Source: an uncultured delta proteobacterium (lineage in GTDB: Bacteria; Myxococcota_A; Polyangia; Polyangiales; Polyangiaceae). Taken from it: DNA of 64,000 bases. The notes below the pieces were generated by a model. The model worked only from the letters and a program-made list of their open reading frames with translations, did no database searches and was not told where the DNA came from. The DNA is taken from the NCBI GenBank assembly GCA_963850305.1, contig CAWKKR010000004.1:566510-630509 (forward strand). Direction: 5' to 3'. Of the stretch, positions 35,309-50,917 are shown in pieces. The position numbers and the translations under genes are program-made. The first letter of the stretch is position 1, and every line of letters starts with the position of its first letter.

Positions 35309-36700
35309 TCAGGTGTCGCGGATCTGTTTCCGGATCTTACCGATGGCTTGCTCCTGAAGCTGACGGATCCGCTCCCTCGACAAGTTGTACTTGTCGCCGA
35401 TCTCCTTCAGCGTGAGCTCGTCCTCGTTGTCGAGACCGAACCGCCATCGAATGATGCGCGATTCGATCGGCGTGAGCGTCCCGAGCAATCGGCGCACTTC
35501 TTCTGCCCAGCGCGACGCGGCGAGATTGTCGTAGGGCGACGTTGCGTTGTCCTCGACGAGGAAGTCGATGAAGCGACGGCCGTCCTCGTCCCCGACGGGA
35601 CGATCCAGCGAGAACGGCGTCTCGGCGTAAAGCTCGCGCACTTTCTCGAGCTTCTCTCGCGGAACTCCAGTCTCCTTCTCGAGTTCCTCGAACGAAGGCT
35701 CGCGACCGGTACGCGCGATGATCGTTTGCGTTGCCCGGGCGACGCGATTGTACGTGTCCAGCATGTGAACCGGAATGCGAACGGCGCGCCCCTTGTCGGC
35801 AAGCGCCCGGCTGATAGCATGCCTGATCCACCACGACGCATACGTCGAGAAGCGGTAGCCGCGCGTATGATCGAATCGTTCGACGGCCTTCATCAGACCG
35901 ATGTTGCCCTCCTGGATGAGGTCGATGAGGGGCAGCCGACCGCGGTTGTAGCGGCGAGCGATACTCACCACGAGACGCAGGTTGGCCTTCACGAAATGGT
36001 TCTTTGCTTCGCGCTGGATCGCATCCGTCGTCTTGATGCGGTCCATGAATCGACGGTAGGCGGACGTGGTGCCCACGCCTGCGAGAACCCCTTCGACGTC
36101 CGGATCCAGATCACCGATCGCACGCACGAGGTGGTCGGCGTTGTACATCCAGATCCGATCCGAATCGGGCAGGCGCACGGATGTCGCGAGCGTTCTGCTC
36201 AAGTCCGTCCATTCGCGCACCTGTGACGCATTCAGTTTGGAGCGCTGCTTCTTGAACACCTTGAGGAGACGGCGAAGCTCGGGAACCTCGAGCAGGTTTG
36301 GGCGTTCCTGCTCGTTCATCGTGAGAACGTCGTGCTCGAGACCGGCAAGGACCGCCTCCGCCACCGGGAGGTACGAGAGAAGCGCCACCCAATGCTCAAT
36401 CTCGGCGTCCTCGACTCCTTGCGCGGCATGAAGCTCCTCGTCCGGGCCCATGACCTGGTGCGTCGCCATTTCGCGGAAGTACCGCGAAAGCGTGGAGTCG
36501 CCCGACACATCGTCGCGAATGACCGCCGGCGGCACCGACTCGGGCGCCTCCGTCGGCGCCGCAGATTCGAAAAATGCTCCTTCGTCCGTCGGCTCCTCAG
36601 GCGCGGGCGCAAAGCCGCTCGAACTCACGCGGACGGCGCTCTCCTCCCCGGGTTCGTCTGCGAGGAAGTCTTCGTTCGCGGTTTCGGCGGTCTGCGTCAT
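35309..36700 (-). CDS. RpoD-like sigma70 factor, apparently lacking region 1.1 (probable group 2/alternative)
   Basis: Region 1.2 LSRYFREM; region 2 [13 protein letters not shown]...[18 protein letters not shown]...[10 protein letters not shown]; region 4 TLKEIG...SRERIRQ. Confidence 0.93.
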   Translation of the reverse strand: MTQTAETANEDFLADEPGEESAVRVSSSGFAPAPEEPTDEGAFFESAAPTEAPESVPPAVIRDDVSGDSTLSRYFREMATHQVMGPDEELHAAQGVEDAEIEHWVALLSYLPVAEAVLAGLEHDVLTMNEQERPNLLEVPELRRLLKVFKKQRSKLNASQVREWTDLSRTLATSVRLPDSDRIWMYNADHLVRAIGDLDPDVEGVLAGVGTTSAYRRFMDRIKTTDAIQREAKNHFVKANLRLVVSIARRYNRGRLPLIDLIQEGNIGLMKAVERFDHTRGYRFSTYASWWIRHAISRALADKGRAVRIPVHMLDTYNRVARATQTIIARTGREPSFEELEKETGVPREKLEKVRELYAETPFSLDRPVGDEDGRRFIDFLVEDNATSPYDNLAASRWAEEVRRLLGTLTPIESRIIRWRFGLDNEDELTLKEIGDKYNLSRERIRQLQEQAIGKIRKQIRDT

Positions 36701-36877
36701 CGATCGATCGTTCGTTGGATGCGCAGAACGACCCGAAGCTTGGCGTCGCAGACGCCATCTTCCGAGGGGAATTGAAACGAGCCCCGCGCTGCGAGAGCCG
36801 CTTCGATCGAGTGCCTTTATTGGGTTCTACGAGCATTTGGGTTCATCCGAATTTCGCGACGGGTGGTGGAAAATCAA

Positions 36878-36893
36878 AGCAAACTCCGTGCCC
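36878..36893 (-). promoter_or_regulatory. Sigma54 (-24/-12) promoter upstream of the sigma70 gene
   Basis: Minus strand GGGCACGGAGTTTGCT = GG-N10-GC, matching TGGCACG-N4-TTGCT except at the first base. Confidence 0.65.
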
Positions 36894-37180
36894 CTCCGGC
36901 CGACGGTGCGGCAGCACGATTCCAGGTCGTCATGCGCGCCCGAATCCACCGCCACGCGCCTCATGGTCGAAATAGTGACCCCGACGCGGTCCGGGCAGGC
37001 CGCGGGCGAATGTGCCAGCTACGAAAAAAGTGCGATGAAGCTTCATTTCCTGTCGTCCGTTTTTGACGTGCCGCGAATTCACGTCCTCAGCCTAATAAGT
37101 GCGCTCGCTCATCCTTCGCGGGTCATCGAATGTCGTTACAGCCTGAATGGACCTCTCAAACGTCGCGGCGATCGTCTGGG

Positions 37181-38834
37181 GTGAGAACACTCGAGCGCGA
37201 AGTTCTCTTCGATTTTCTTCACTGCCGCTCCATTTGGATCGGGCTGACGCTCGGTGTCGTCGGTTATTCAGCCGGCCATGCCGGGCTGGCGCTGTCCGCT
37301 GGGGCGCTGGCCCAAGCGATCGGACGAACGCCGCTTTCCCATGATTCAATCGGTCCTCTCGACGGGATCGCGTGGCTAGGCCGATGGTCGGATTCGCTCT
37401 CGGCACTCTCATATGTCGGTCTCGCGTCCGCACTCGTCAAGGCTGCGGCCGGTGCTAGGCTCGCGCGCGCCGAAACGGAGCTCGGGGCCGCCGTGGCGGG
37501 CAGACTTCGGCTCGACGTGGTCCGACAGCTCCTGAACGAGGGATTTCCGCTTCCGGCGCCGCGAATGCTCGCGTTGCTCGCCGTGCGCATCCGCGAGGTC
37601 GAAGCGGCCGTAACGCGCGGGGTCGTGACTGGACTCCGTTCCATCTCCCAGTTGGTGCCCTTGGGCGCATGTTTGGTGGCTCTGTCGCCGCAGCTCGCAC
37701 TCGCCGCCGCGTTCGTGGTGACGCCATTCGCGGTCCTGCTCACCGCGATGCGCGGGCGTTCCCGTCAGGCCAGCGAGCGCGCCCAGACCCAGATGGAGGA
37801 GCTCGAATGCGGCGTGGACGAGCTTGTCCGCAACGCCGACCTTTTCCGCACCTACGGCGCTGGCGCGGACGTGGTCGCCGCCGTCGAACGATCTGGCAAC
37901 GCGGCCGCCGCGTCGACCGCCCACGTCGAGACGATGCGCGCCGCGTTGTCGGGCGCAAATGAAGTGATGGGAGCGCTCGCCGTGGTCGGCGCCCTCGCGC
38001 TGGCGCGGCACTTCGGCGTCGAAGACCGCACTCCGGTGCTGCTGCCGTTCGCGGCCGTCTTCTTCATGGCCTACCGGCCTCTCCGCGACCTCGGGGACGC
38101 GCGCGGCTGGATCGGTCGTGGAACGGTGGCGCTGTCGGCGCTACCACCACCTGTCGGCGCGGGTCCGCAGAGGTCTCGAGCGCGATCGTTTGTGGAAGGT
38201 CGCGCACCGATCGCGGACCTTCGCGGGGTCGGAGCCGCGAATCGTGGACCGCGGACGACGTGCCGCCTCGACAACGGCGAAATCGTCTGCCTCGTCGGAC
38301 CCACCGGAAGTGGCAAGACGACGCTCTTTCGGGTGCTCCTCGGGCTGGAGGCGGCGGCGGGCGTGCTCTGCATCGACGGGGTCGACGCCACGAACGCCCC
38401 ATCCGGGCCTGCAGCGCGACCCTTTGCCTGGGTCCCGCAAGACGCGCCCCTCGTCACGGGAACGCTGCACGACAACGTGCTGCTGATGGGCGGCACCGCG
38501 GCCGCGGCGGACGCGGCCCTCGACGTCGTCGGGGCACGACGGGCCGCGGCGCCGGAAGAGAATCGTCGGACCCGGCGGCCGCGCCTTGTCCGGTGGTGAG
38601 CGGCGAAAGGTTGCCATCGCTCGTGCGCTCGTCAGCGGCTTGCCCATCCTCCTGCTCGACGAACCGACCGAGGGCCTGGACGCCGATTCCGCGCGAGCCG
38701 TGCGCGACGCCATTCTCCGGCTGCGAGGGGTGCGGACCGTGTTCATCGCGACGCACCGCGAAGACCTCGTCGCCGTCGCGGATCGGGTCGTTCGAATCGG
38801 CGCGCGCGCGGACGATTCCCTCGCGGCCGAGTGA
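37181..38834 (+). CDS. ABC exporter, fused TMD-NBD; apparent frameshift near 38560-38590; start uncertain
   Basis: Hydrophobic N-terminal half; GPTGSGKT, WVPQD, then SGGERRKVAIARAL, ILLLDEPT and ATHR in another frame. Confidence 0.85.
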
Positions 38835-38836
38835 GC

Positions 38837-39909
<1,073 letters not shown>

Positions 39910-39940
39910 GGCCTCAGCCGGGACCTCGAGCCCGCGACGC

Positions 39941-40297
39941 TCACTTCGGCGGAGCGGCGGGCAGATCGGTGAGCTTCTTGAAGGCGCCCGGGTCATTCAC
40001 GGCGAGATCCGCGAGGATCTTTCGATCGAGATCGATGCCTGCGTTCGAGAGAGCGGCCATGAAGCGCGAGTACGTCGTGCCGTTCGCGCGGCACGCCGCG
40101 TTGATGCGCACGATCCACAGGCTGCGAAAGTCGCGCTTGCGAAGCTTCCGGCTCGTGTACTGGTATTCCCACGCCTTCCGGAGCGTCTTCACCGCCTCCC
40201 GGTAACGGCTGTGGCGGCTCCCGTAGAAGCCTTTGGTCTCTTTCAACACCGCCTTGTGGCGGCGGCGGGGGCCTGGTCCTCGTTTCACGCGCGACAT
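39941..40297 (-). CDS. rplT: 50S ribosomal protein L20
   Basis: [33 protein letters not shown]. Confidence 0.97.
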   Translation of the reverse strand: MSRVKRGPGPRRRHKAVLKETKGFYGSRHSRYREAVKTLRKAWEYQYTSRKLRKRDFRSLWIVRINAACRANGTTYSRFMAALSNAGIDLDRKILADLAVNDPGAFKKLTDLPAAPPK

Positions 40298-40320
40298 CGG
40301 GAGCTCTTCCTCTTGGTCGA

Positions 40321-40518
40321 TCAGCCGTAGGGCAGAAGCAACTTCACGCGCCTCTGGAACGTCGAGTCCACCATATCGTTGTCGCGAAGGCGACGCCGGC
40401 GCTTCCTGGATTTGCCGATCATGTTGTGCTGCGCGCCGCCCTTCGGACGGCGAACGCGGCCCTTCCCGGTCACCTTGAAACGCTTCGCGGCGGCGCGGTT
40501 CGTCTTCATCTTGGACAT
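40321..40518 (-). CDS. rpmI: 50S ribosomal protein L35
   Basis: [20 protein letters not shown]...LLPYG. Confidence 0.95.
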   Translation of the reverse strand: MSKMKTNRAAAKRFKVTGKGRVRRPKGGAQHNMIGKSRKRRRRLRDNDMVDSTFQRRVKLLLPYG

Positions 40519-40530
40519 GGGAGGGGCGGA

Positions 40531-40559
40531 CTTATGGCGGACCACGCCCGTCCCGTCAA
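40531..40559 (-). promoter_or_regulatory. Candidate sigma70 promoter for rpmI-rplT-pheS
   Basis: Minus strand TTGACG-N17-CATAAG, 12 nt before the rpmI ATG. Confidence 0.5.
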
Positions 40560-40783
40560 GCGGATGGCCGCTCGCGCTTCGCGGATTGCAGGATGCTCGG
40601 CTCTGGGACGCCTCGCCCGCACCCGTCGTCGCGCGCTTCCCGCTCGACGGGTGTTCAGTCGACGAACACCCGGATTTACCGGCCGTTGCCGCGCCCCGGG
40701 CGTTAGTCTACGTCGCTTCCCGAGCGGGCGCGCCACCCGCGCCCCTTCACCTGGCGTAATCGCCGAGATCGAGGTCCAACCGG

Positions 40784-42181
<1,398 letters not shown>

Positions 42182-42195
42182 GAAGGCAAACGGAA

Positions 42196-43138
<943 letters not shown>

Positions 43139-43337
43139 ACCCCCTCGACTTTCCGGGTCGGCACCCGCGCCTGCGGGCCGGCCGGCGAGATCTCTTCATC
43201 TTTGGAAGAACAGATCTCGATCGTCAGGCAGGCGCCACGACCCAAGAGAACAAACCGACGAGGCGGCGGCTCACTCTGCCGACTTCGAACGGCCGCGCAA
43301 CCCCGCGCCGAACAACAAGCACAAACAGACTCATCCC

Positions 43338-44536
<1,199 letters not shown>

Positions 44537-44572
44537 CGCGAAGGCGCGCTCACGCGCTCGACGCGTCCTTCG

Positions 44573-45823
44573 CTAGTTCGCGTCCTTTGCGTAGCGGGCG
44601 GAGTCGGCGACGAATTTGTCTCGGCAGGATTCGGAGCAGAAGTGATAAGCGTGGCCGCGGTAGTCGGCCTCGGGAGTATCCTTCGTGATGCGGACCTTCA
44701 TGCCGCAGACAGGATCGACACCGAGCGTCGGCGTTGCAGCTCCAGCGCTCGACGGCGCCTTCGCGCCTGCGGAAGCGACGGCAGCCGTGACCGTCCCGTC
44801 GACGCCGACCGCCGGCATGGCCGACGAGCCCGGTGCGGCAGTCGCTGGCCCGAGCGCGGCGACGTAGTCCACCAGACGCTGCAGTTGTTCGCCGGACAGA
44901 TGACCGTCATAAGACGGCATCAGATTCAGATACCCCGCCGCGATCTTGGCGCCGGGGGACAGGAGCGACTCGCGAATGTAAGCCGTGTCGGCGAGCACGC
45001 TGCCCCCGCCCTCGAGCGCGACGGTACGGCCCTTCATTCCTGCGAGCGACGGCGCGATCTTGTCCTGGTCGTGACACCCGGCACAGCCGAGTGACGAGAA
45101 GAGCGCCGCGCCCGTGTCTCCCGCGTTCGCCTGCGCGCCGACCGGCCCTCCCACGAGCTTCCGCGCGTCCCGCTTCAAGCGAGCGAGCGCCTCGGCGTCC
45201 GAGCTATCGTAGATGCCACGCACCTTGCCTTCGCGGTCCACCAGGAAGAGCAGCGTCGTGTGCAGGATCGGGTTCCGTGCGTCTCCACTCGCGTCGACCG
45301 AGACGCGCATGCCGGCGCTGACGCTGGCGAGCGCCACCGGGGTCGTTTGCAGCAGCATCCACCGCGGATCGTCCCTGCCCCATTCCTTCCGGTACGCGGC
45401 GAGCGCCCCCGGCGTGTCGTGTAGCGGATCGACCGAGAACGACACGAAACGCAGGTTCCCTTCGGGGAGCTCGCGCTGTAGCAGCACCAGCTTCGCCGAG
45501 AGGGTCGGGCAAGCGCTCGTGCACGTCGTGTAGAAGAAGTCGGCAATCCAGACGTGCCCGGCGAGGTCCCGCTGCGTCCGGATGTGGCCCTCCTCATCGG
45601 AGAGAGAGAAGCTCGGCGCGCTCCAGAGGCTCGGCAACCCGCCGTCCGCGGGGCCGTTGCGGTAAGAAAACGTCTCGGCCTCCGCGCCCGAACCACGCGG
45701 CAACGCTCGGTACACAAAGAACGCGACCACGGCGAGCATCGAGAAGACCGCAAGCGGAACGACCACCCACGCGCCGCGAAAGGGTCGAGGGGGTGGCGGT
45801 TCGTTGGGAGCCGGGTCCGTCAT
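44573..45823 (-). CDS. SCO/SenC copper chaperone fused to cytochrome c and a YHS domain (left copy)
   Basis: TM; FFYTTCTSACP (CxxxC), SFSVDP, ILHT; CAGCH...YIRESLL...MPSY; DPVCGM...YHFCSESCRDKF. Confidence 0.9.
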   Translation of the reverse strand: MTDPAPNEPPPPRPFRGAWVVVPLAVFSMLAVVAFFVYRALPRGSGAEAETFSYRNGPADGGLPSLWSAPSFSLSDEEGHIRTQRDLAGHVWIADFFYTTCTSACPTLSAKLVLLQRELPEGNLRFVSFSVDPLHDTPGALAAYRKEWGRDDPRWMLLQTTPVALASVSAGMRVSVDASGDARNPILHTTLLFLVDREGKVRGIYDSSDAEALARLKRDARKLVGGPVGAQANAGDTGAALFSSLGCAGCHDQDKIAPSLAGMKGRTVALEGGGSVLADTAYIRESLLSPGAKIAAGYLNLMPSYDGHLSGEQLQRLVDYVAALGPATAAPGSSAMPAVGVDGTVTAAVASAGAKAPSSAGAATPTLGVDPVCGMKVRITKDTPEADYRGHAYHFCSESCRDKFVADSARYAKDAN

Positions 45824-45924
45824 CGCGCGCGACGCTACCCCCCTCGGAGAGGTTCGCAATCCGCATTTCGTCGCACCCCCCCTCAGCTCGGGGAAGCGGT
45901 CCGGGTAGTGGGAGTCTTCGATAG

Positions 45925-46256
45925 CTGGACTTCCTGGTCTTGCACGGCTCGCGCGCGCGCCGGAGCGACGGCCACGTCGGACTGGGACTTCGCCTACTCG
46001 ACCACGAGCGCGTTCGAGCTCGCCGGGCTCGTATCTGAGCTCGCGGAAGTGTTCGGCACCAATCGCGTCGACACGGCGGACCTGTCGCGCGCCTCGGCCG
46101 TCTTGAGATACCGCGCTGCGCGCGACGGTGTACTCCTCTACGAACGCACGTCAGGCCTGTTCAATCGATTCGTCGTCGAAGCGAGCTCGTTCTGGTGCGA
46201 CGTGGGCGGCATCGTTCGAGCGGCGTACGGGACGCTGCTCACGGAGCTCGACGCAC
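45925..46256 (+). pseudogene. Minimal nucleotidyltransferase (MNT) antitoxin remnant
   Basis: LDFLVLHGSRAR then, in another frame, ATATSDWDFAY...VDTADLSRASAVLRYRAARDG; TAG directly upstream, frameshift in a (GC)n run, no start; same lesions in both arms. Confidence 0.7.
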
Positions 46257-46658
46257 GAGAAAGCGACGGCCGTCGAACGCCATCTCGCGCGCGTGACCGC
46301 GCGCCTTCCAGCCGACCCCGTCGACCTTCAAACGGTTACCGACGCCTCGGACACGATGATCCTTCACCTGTGGCAAGCGACGCGAATCGTGGACGTCGCG
46401 ATGTCGGCCTGCGTCGCGCTGAAGCTCGGAGCGCCGGGGACCTACGAAGAAGCGTTTCGTCGGCTCGCCGACGCGGGGCATCTCGAGCCGGCGCTCCCGT
46501 CCCGGCTGGTGCGCGCCGCAGGGTTCCGCAATGTCATCGCTCACGCTTACGAAGCCGTGGACCTCGGGCGGCTGGACGAGGCCGCGTCGAAGGGACCGGC
46601 CGACCTGCGAGCATTCCTGCGCACCCTCACGAGCGCCGGACCTCGACGTCCGACCTGA
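46254..46658 (+). pseudogene. HEPN (DUF86/HepT-like) RNase, N-terminally truncated
   Basis: EKATAVERHLARV...LHLWQA...[11 protein letters not shown] (RX4H at 46527-46544); no evident start codon at the expected position. Confidence 0.78.
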
Positions 46659-46797
46659 CGTTGGCGAGCCCCGAACCGCGCCGACCCCTGGTCGTCCAAT
46701 CAGACCGGGCGACGCGCACGCTTCGGGTCCCTCGCGCGGCGCCACGACCGGAATTAGGGCTTCCTTTCTCGGCGCTTTGGTTGAAGAGTCCCCCGCC

Positions 46798-47697
46798 ATG
46801 TCCGTACTGGTCGACAAGAATACGAAAGTCCTCGTCCAGGGGATCACGGGCGGCGCGGGCTCTTTCCACGCGGGGCAGTGCATCGCTTATGGCACGCAGA
46901 TCGTCGCTGGCTGCACGCCCAATCGCGGCGGCGAGACGTTCGAAGCGATGGCGCCCGACGGGAAGAAGGTCGGCGTGCCGGTGTTCGATACCGTCGCCGA
47001 AGCCGTGAGGCAGACGGGCGCGGACACGTCGTGCATCTTCGTGCCGGCGCTCGGCGCCGCGGATTCGATCCTCGAGGCGATCGCCGCGGGACTGAAGCTG
47101 GTCGTGTGCATCACCGAGGGCATCCCCGTCGTCGACATGATCCGCGTGCGGCGCGTGCTCGAAACGTCCGGGACGCGGCTCATCGGGCCGAACTGTCCGG
47201 GCATCATCACGCCGGGCGCGTGCAAGATCGGCATCATGCCGGGCCATATTCATCGGCCGGGTAAGTACGGCGTCGTGTCGCGCTCCGGCACGCTGACGTA
47301 CGAGGCCGTCGGACAGCTCACCGCGCTCGGTCTCGGGCAGTCAACGTGCATCGGCATCGGCGGCGATCCCGTCGGCGGCATGGACTTCATTGACTGTCTG
47401 AAGCTCTACAACGACGACCCGGGCACCGCGGGCATGATCATGATCGGCGAGATCGGCGGCAACGCCGAGGAGCGCGCCGCCGCATGGATCAAGGCGAACA
47501 TGAAGAAGCCGGTCGCGGGCTTCATCGCCGGCACGACGGCGCCGGCCGGCAAGCGCATGGGGCACGCGGGCGCCATCATCAGCGGCGGCAAGGGGACCGC
47601 GAAAGACAAGATTGCCGCGCTCGAGGCGGCCGGAGTAAAGGTCGCGCCGTCACCCGCCGAGATGGGGACGACGCTCCAGAGCATGCTCAAAGGTTGA
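46798..47697 (+). CDS. sucD: Succinyl-CoA synthetase alpha subunit (left copy)
   Basis: [47 protein letters not shown]. Confidence 0.97.
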   Translation: MSVLVDKNTKVLVQGITGGAGSFHAGQCIAYGTQIVAGCTPNRGGETFEAMAPDGKKVGVPVFDTVAEAVRQTGADTSCIFVPALGAADSILEAIAAGLKLVVCITEGIPVVDMIRVRRVLETSGTRLIGPNCPGIITPGACKIGIMPGHIHRPGKYGVVSRSGTLTYEAVGQLTALGLGQSTCIGIGGDPVGGMDFIDCLKLYNDDPGTAGMIMIGEIGGNAEERAAAWIKANMKKPVAGFIAGTTAPAGKRMGHAGAIISGGKGTAKDKIAALEAAGVKVAPSPAEMGTTLQSMLKG

Positions 47698-47700
47698 GAA

Positions 47701-48119
47701 ATGGCCATCGAACGCACGCTGTGCATCATCAAGCCCGACGCCGTCGAAAAACGGGCCTCGGGTCACATCATCCAACGCCTCCTCGATGAGGGCTTTCGCA
47801 TCGTCGCGCTCCGGCAGACGGTGCTCTCGCGGGCCACGGCGGAAGGCTTCTACGCCGTCCACCGGGAACGCTCGTTCTTCGACGAGCTGTGCACTTTCAT
47901 GACACGTGGGCCGGTGGTGGTCATCGCAATCGAGCGCGAGAACGCGGTGCAGCACTACCGGAACGTGATTGGCGCCACGGACCCCGCGAAGGCCGCTCCT
48001 GGTACCGTGCGCAAGCTGCACGGCTCGAAGTCGGTGAAAACGCCGTGCACGGGTCCGATTCCGTGGACAACGGTCGCCTCGAGACCGCTTACTTCTTCGC
48101 GGGGCAAGATCTGCTCTGA
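47701..48119 (+). CDS. ndk: Nucleoside diphosphate kinase (left copy, 1-nt deletion near 48030)
   Basis: ERTLCIIKPDAV, GATDP, NAVHGSDS in the shifted frame. Confidence 0.93.
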
Positions 48120-48188
48120 GCACGCACCCGGCGTGGTGATGGGCACCACGAGGTTCCGAGGCGTGAAAACGCGGTAGGCTTTCTTCGA

Positions 48189-49007
48189 ATGGGGCCACCA
48201 CCGTCGCGATCGGTCGATCCGCGACTCGCCAGCGCGAGCGGCGTGATGCGCGACACGCTCGGCGCGATTCACAACTTGCAGCACCTGCTCGGTTCGGTCC
48301 GGGTCGGGCCGAAGGCCTCGCGCACGTGATCCCGGACGTGCACGCGTCGTGCGGGCCCATGGCGATCGCCGCGCGAGAGCTCGTTGACGGAGCGGAGGGC
48401 CGGGGATCGGGGCCGCGTCGGCGAGAAGTCTTGCCGAGCTCATCACCCGGCGGATGGACGAGCTCGACGCGGCGTTCGGCGCGACGAAGCGCGGCTCGCT
48501 CCGCGCGAGCGATCGCCTGCGGCTGGAGACGCCATTGCCGCCGGGGTGCGCGATCTGGATGGCGCGCTCGAACTGTGGAGCTGATGGTGGAAGCTAGCGC
48601 GCCCGGACGCGTCCCGGTGGATGCGATAGACGTGCTTCGTGAGAGTGCTGTCCGGACAGATACGGGCTCGGGCCGCGGCCGGCGCGTGCGCGTCACGCAT
48701 GACTCCGCGCCGCCCTGATCTCCGTGCGGGTCAATCCCCGCCTGGCGGTCCGCTTGCTCGCGTTCGCCGCGGCGCTGGCCGTTGGCGCGGCGCCGGATTG
48801 CACGTGAAGATGGCGCGGAGGCGCACGGATGCCGGATCGGAATGGCCGTGCCAGCGGGCGCCGGAAGGCCTGCTCGTCGCCGTCCCGCCGCTGATCGACC
48901 TCTCGGAGCGGTGCGCCGTGGAGGTCGCGCACTCCGCCGAATCATGCTGGAGACGATTCTGAGGCCCGCGCGCGGTCGTACTGTTCCCTTTCGGTCCGGC
49001 GGACTAG
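48189..49007 (+). CDS. Hypothetical protein (left, heavily frameshifted copy of 55803..56633)
   Basis: Mirror of the intact ORF at 55803..56633. Confidence 0.65.
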
Positions 49008-49017
49008 ACCTGGGGCC

Positions 49018-49838
49018 ATGAACGACTCCGAACTTCGCGGCCGTCGAAGCAGCCTTTGCGGACCGCACGCTCCTCGAGAAGGAGGACACGAAGACGCCGT
49101 GCTCGAAACGGTCGCTCGCCTCGACCAGGGCACGCTCCGCGTCGCGACCCGGGACGCCGCCGGCAAGTGGACGACGCACGCCTGGGTGAAGCAGGCGATC
49201 CTGCTCTACTTCGCGCATCTGCGGATGGAAGGACGCATCGAGGGGCCCCTTCGAGTTCCACGACAAGATCCCGCTCAAGCACGGCCTCGACCGGGCCGGC
49301 GTGCGCGTCGTGCCGCCGGGCACCGTCCGCTACGGCGCCTTCCTCGAGGCCGGCGCCATCGTCATGCCCGGCTACGTGAACATCGGCGCCCACGTCGGCG
49401 CGGGCACGATGGTCGACACCTGGGCCACGGTCGGGAGCTGCGCGCAGATCGGGCGCGACGTGCACCTCTCCGGCGGCGTCGGCATCGGCGGGGTGCTCGA
49501 GCCGCCCGGCGCGCGGCCGGTGATCATCGAGGACGGCTGCTTCATCGGCTCGCGCGCGTCGTCGTCGAGGGCATGGTCGTCGAGCGCGAGGCCGTGGTCG
49601 GCGCCGGCGTCGTGCTGACGGCGATCACGCCCATCCTCGACGTCACGGGCCCCGAGGTGGTCGAGCACGAGGGCGGGTCCCCGCGCGCAGCGTCGTCATC
49701 CCGGGCATGCGCCCGAAGCGCTTCCCCGCCGGCGAGTTCGGCGTGCCGTGCGCGCTCATCATCGGCAAGCGCACGGCGTCCACCGACCGCAAGACGAGCC
49801 TCAACGCCGCGCTCCGCGACTTCGGGGTGCCGGTGTGA
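49018..49838 (+). CDS. dapD: Tetrahydrodipicolinate N-succinyltransferase (left, frameshifted, divergent copy)
   Basis: [49 protein letters not shown]. Confidence 0.9.
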
Positions 49839-50917
49839 CGCGACACGCGCACGCCGAGCGCCTGGCCGAGACCTTGCTCTGGCTCTGCGAGATCCCGTCC
49901 CCCATCGGCGAGGAGCGGCGCTCTGCGACGCCGTCGCGGAGCGCCTCGCCCGCGCTGCCGCTCGCCGCGCCCATCCGCCGCTACGGCGACTCCATCGTCG
50001 TGCCCGTCACCCGCGGAACGGCGGCCCCACGATCGCGCTCGCCGGGCACCTCGACGTGGTGCGCACCGCGCACGACGGGCCCCCGCGCCGCGAGGGCGAC
50101 CGCTCTACGGCCCGGGCGCGTCCGACATGAAGAGCGGGCTCGCGCTGATGCTCGACCTCGTCGAGCACGACCGCGCGGCGGCCCGCGCGTCGACCTCACG
50201 CTCGTCTTCTACGCGCGCGAGGAGGGGCCGTTCCTCGAGAACGAGCTCGGCCCCGTGCTCGACGCAGGACCCCGAGCTCGGCCGCGTCGACCTCGCCGTC
50301 TGCCTCGAGCCGAGCGACAACAAGCTCAGCCTCGGGGCGTCGGGCTCGATCCACGCGACGGTCACCTTCGAGGGCGGACGGCCCACAGCGCGCGCCCGTG
50401 GCAGGGCGACAACGCCATCCACAAGGCCGGCCGCTTCCTGACGCGAGCTCGCCGCCCTCGCGCCGCGCGAGGTGGTCATCGACGGCCTCGTCTATCGCAC
50501 CGTGACGAGCGCACCCTCGCCCAGGGCGGCCGCGGGCGGAACATCGTCCCCGACGCTTCGAGCTGAACCTGAACCACCGCTTCTCGCCCGGACCAGACGC
50601 TCGACGAGGCCCAGGCGCCATCGAGGGCCTCGTCGCGGGCGCGCCGAGCATCGACCTCGCGGACGTCTCGCCCCTCGGCCCCGCCCTTCGCGCACGCACC
50701 CGCTCGTCGCGGCGCTGCGCGACGCGGCGTGGCCGCGGTGGAGCCGAAGCAGGCGTGGACCGACGTCGCCCGCTTCGCCGCGATCGGCGTCCCGGCGGTG
50801 AACTTCGGCCCCGGCGTCAACGCCCAGGCGCACCAGCGCAACGAGTGGACGAGCATCGCGCAGCTCGCCGACGGAAAGGAGATCCTGTCGCGCTGGCTTC
50901 ACGCGATTTCCGGCTGA
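49835..50917 (+). CDS. dapE: Succinyl-diaminopimelate desuccinylase (left, frameshifted, divergent copy)
   Basis: [48 protein letters not shown]...AHQRNE. Confidence 0.85.

Noticed and set aside
45554..47008. 484-aa ORF spanning SCO, MNT, HEPN and sucD
   Set aside because: Only the central MNT segment is protein-like. The rest is off-frame Arg/Pro-rich read-through typical of high-GC DNA.
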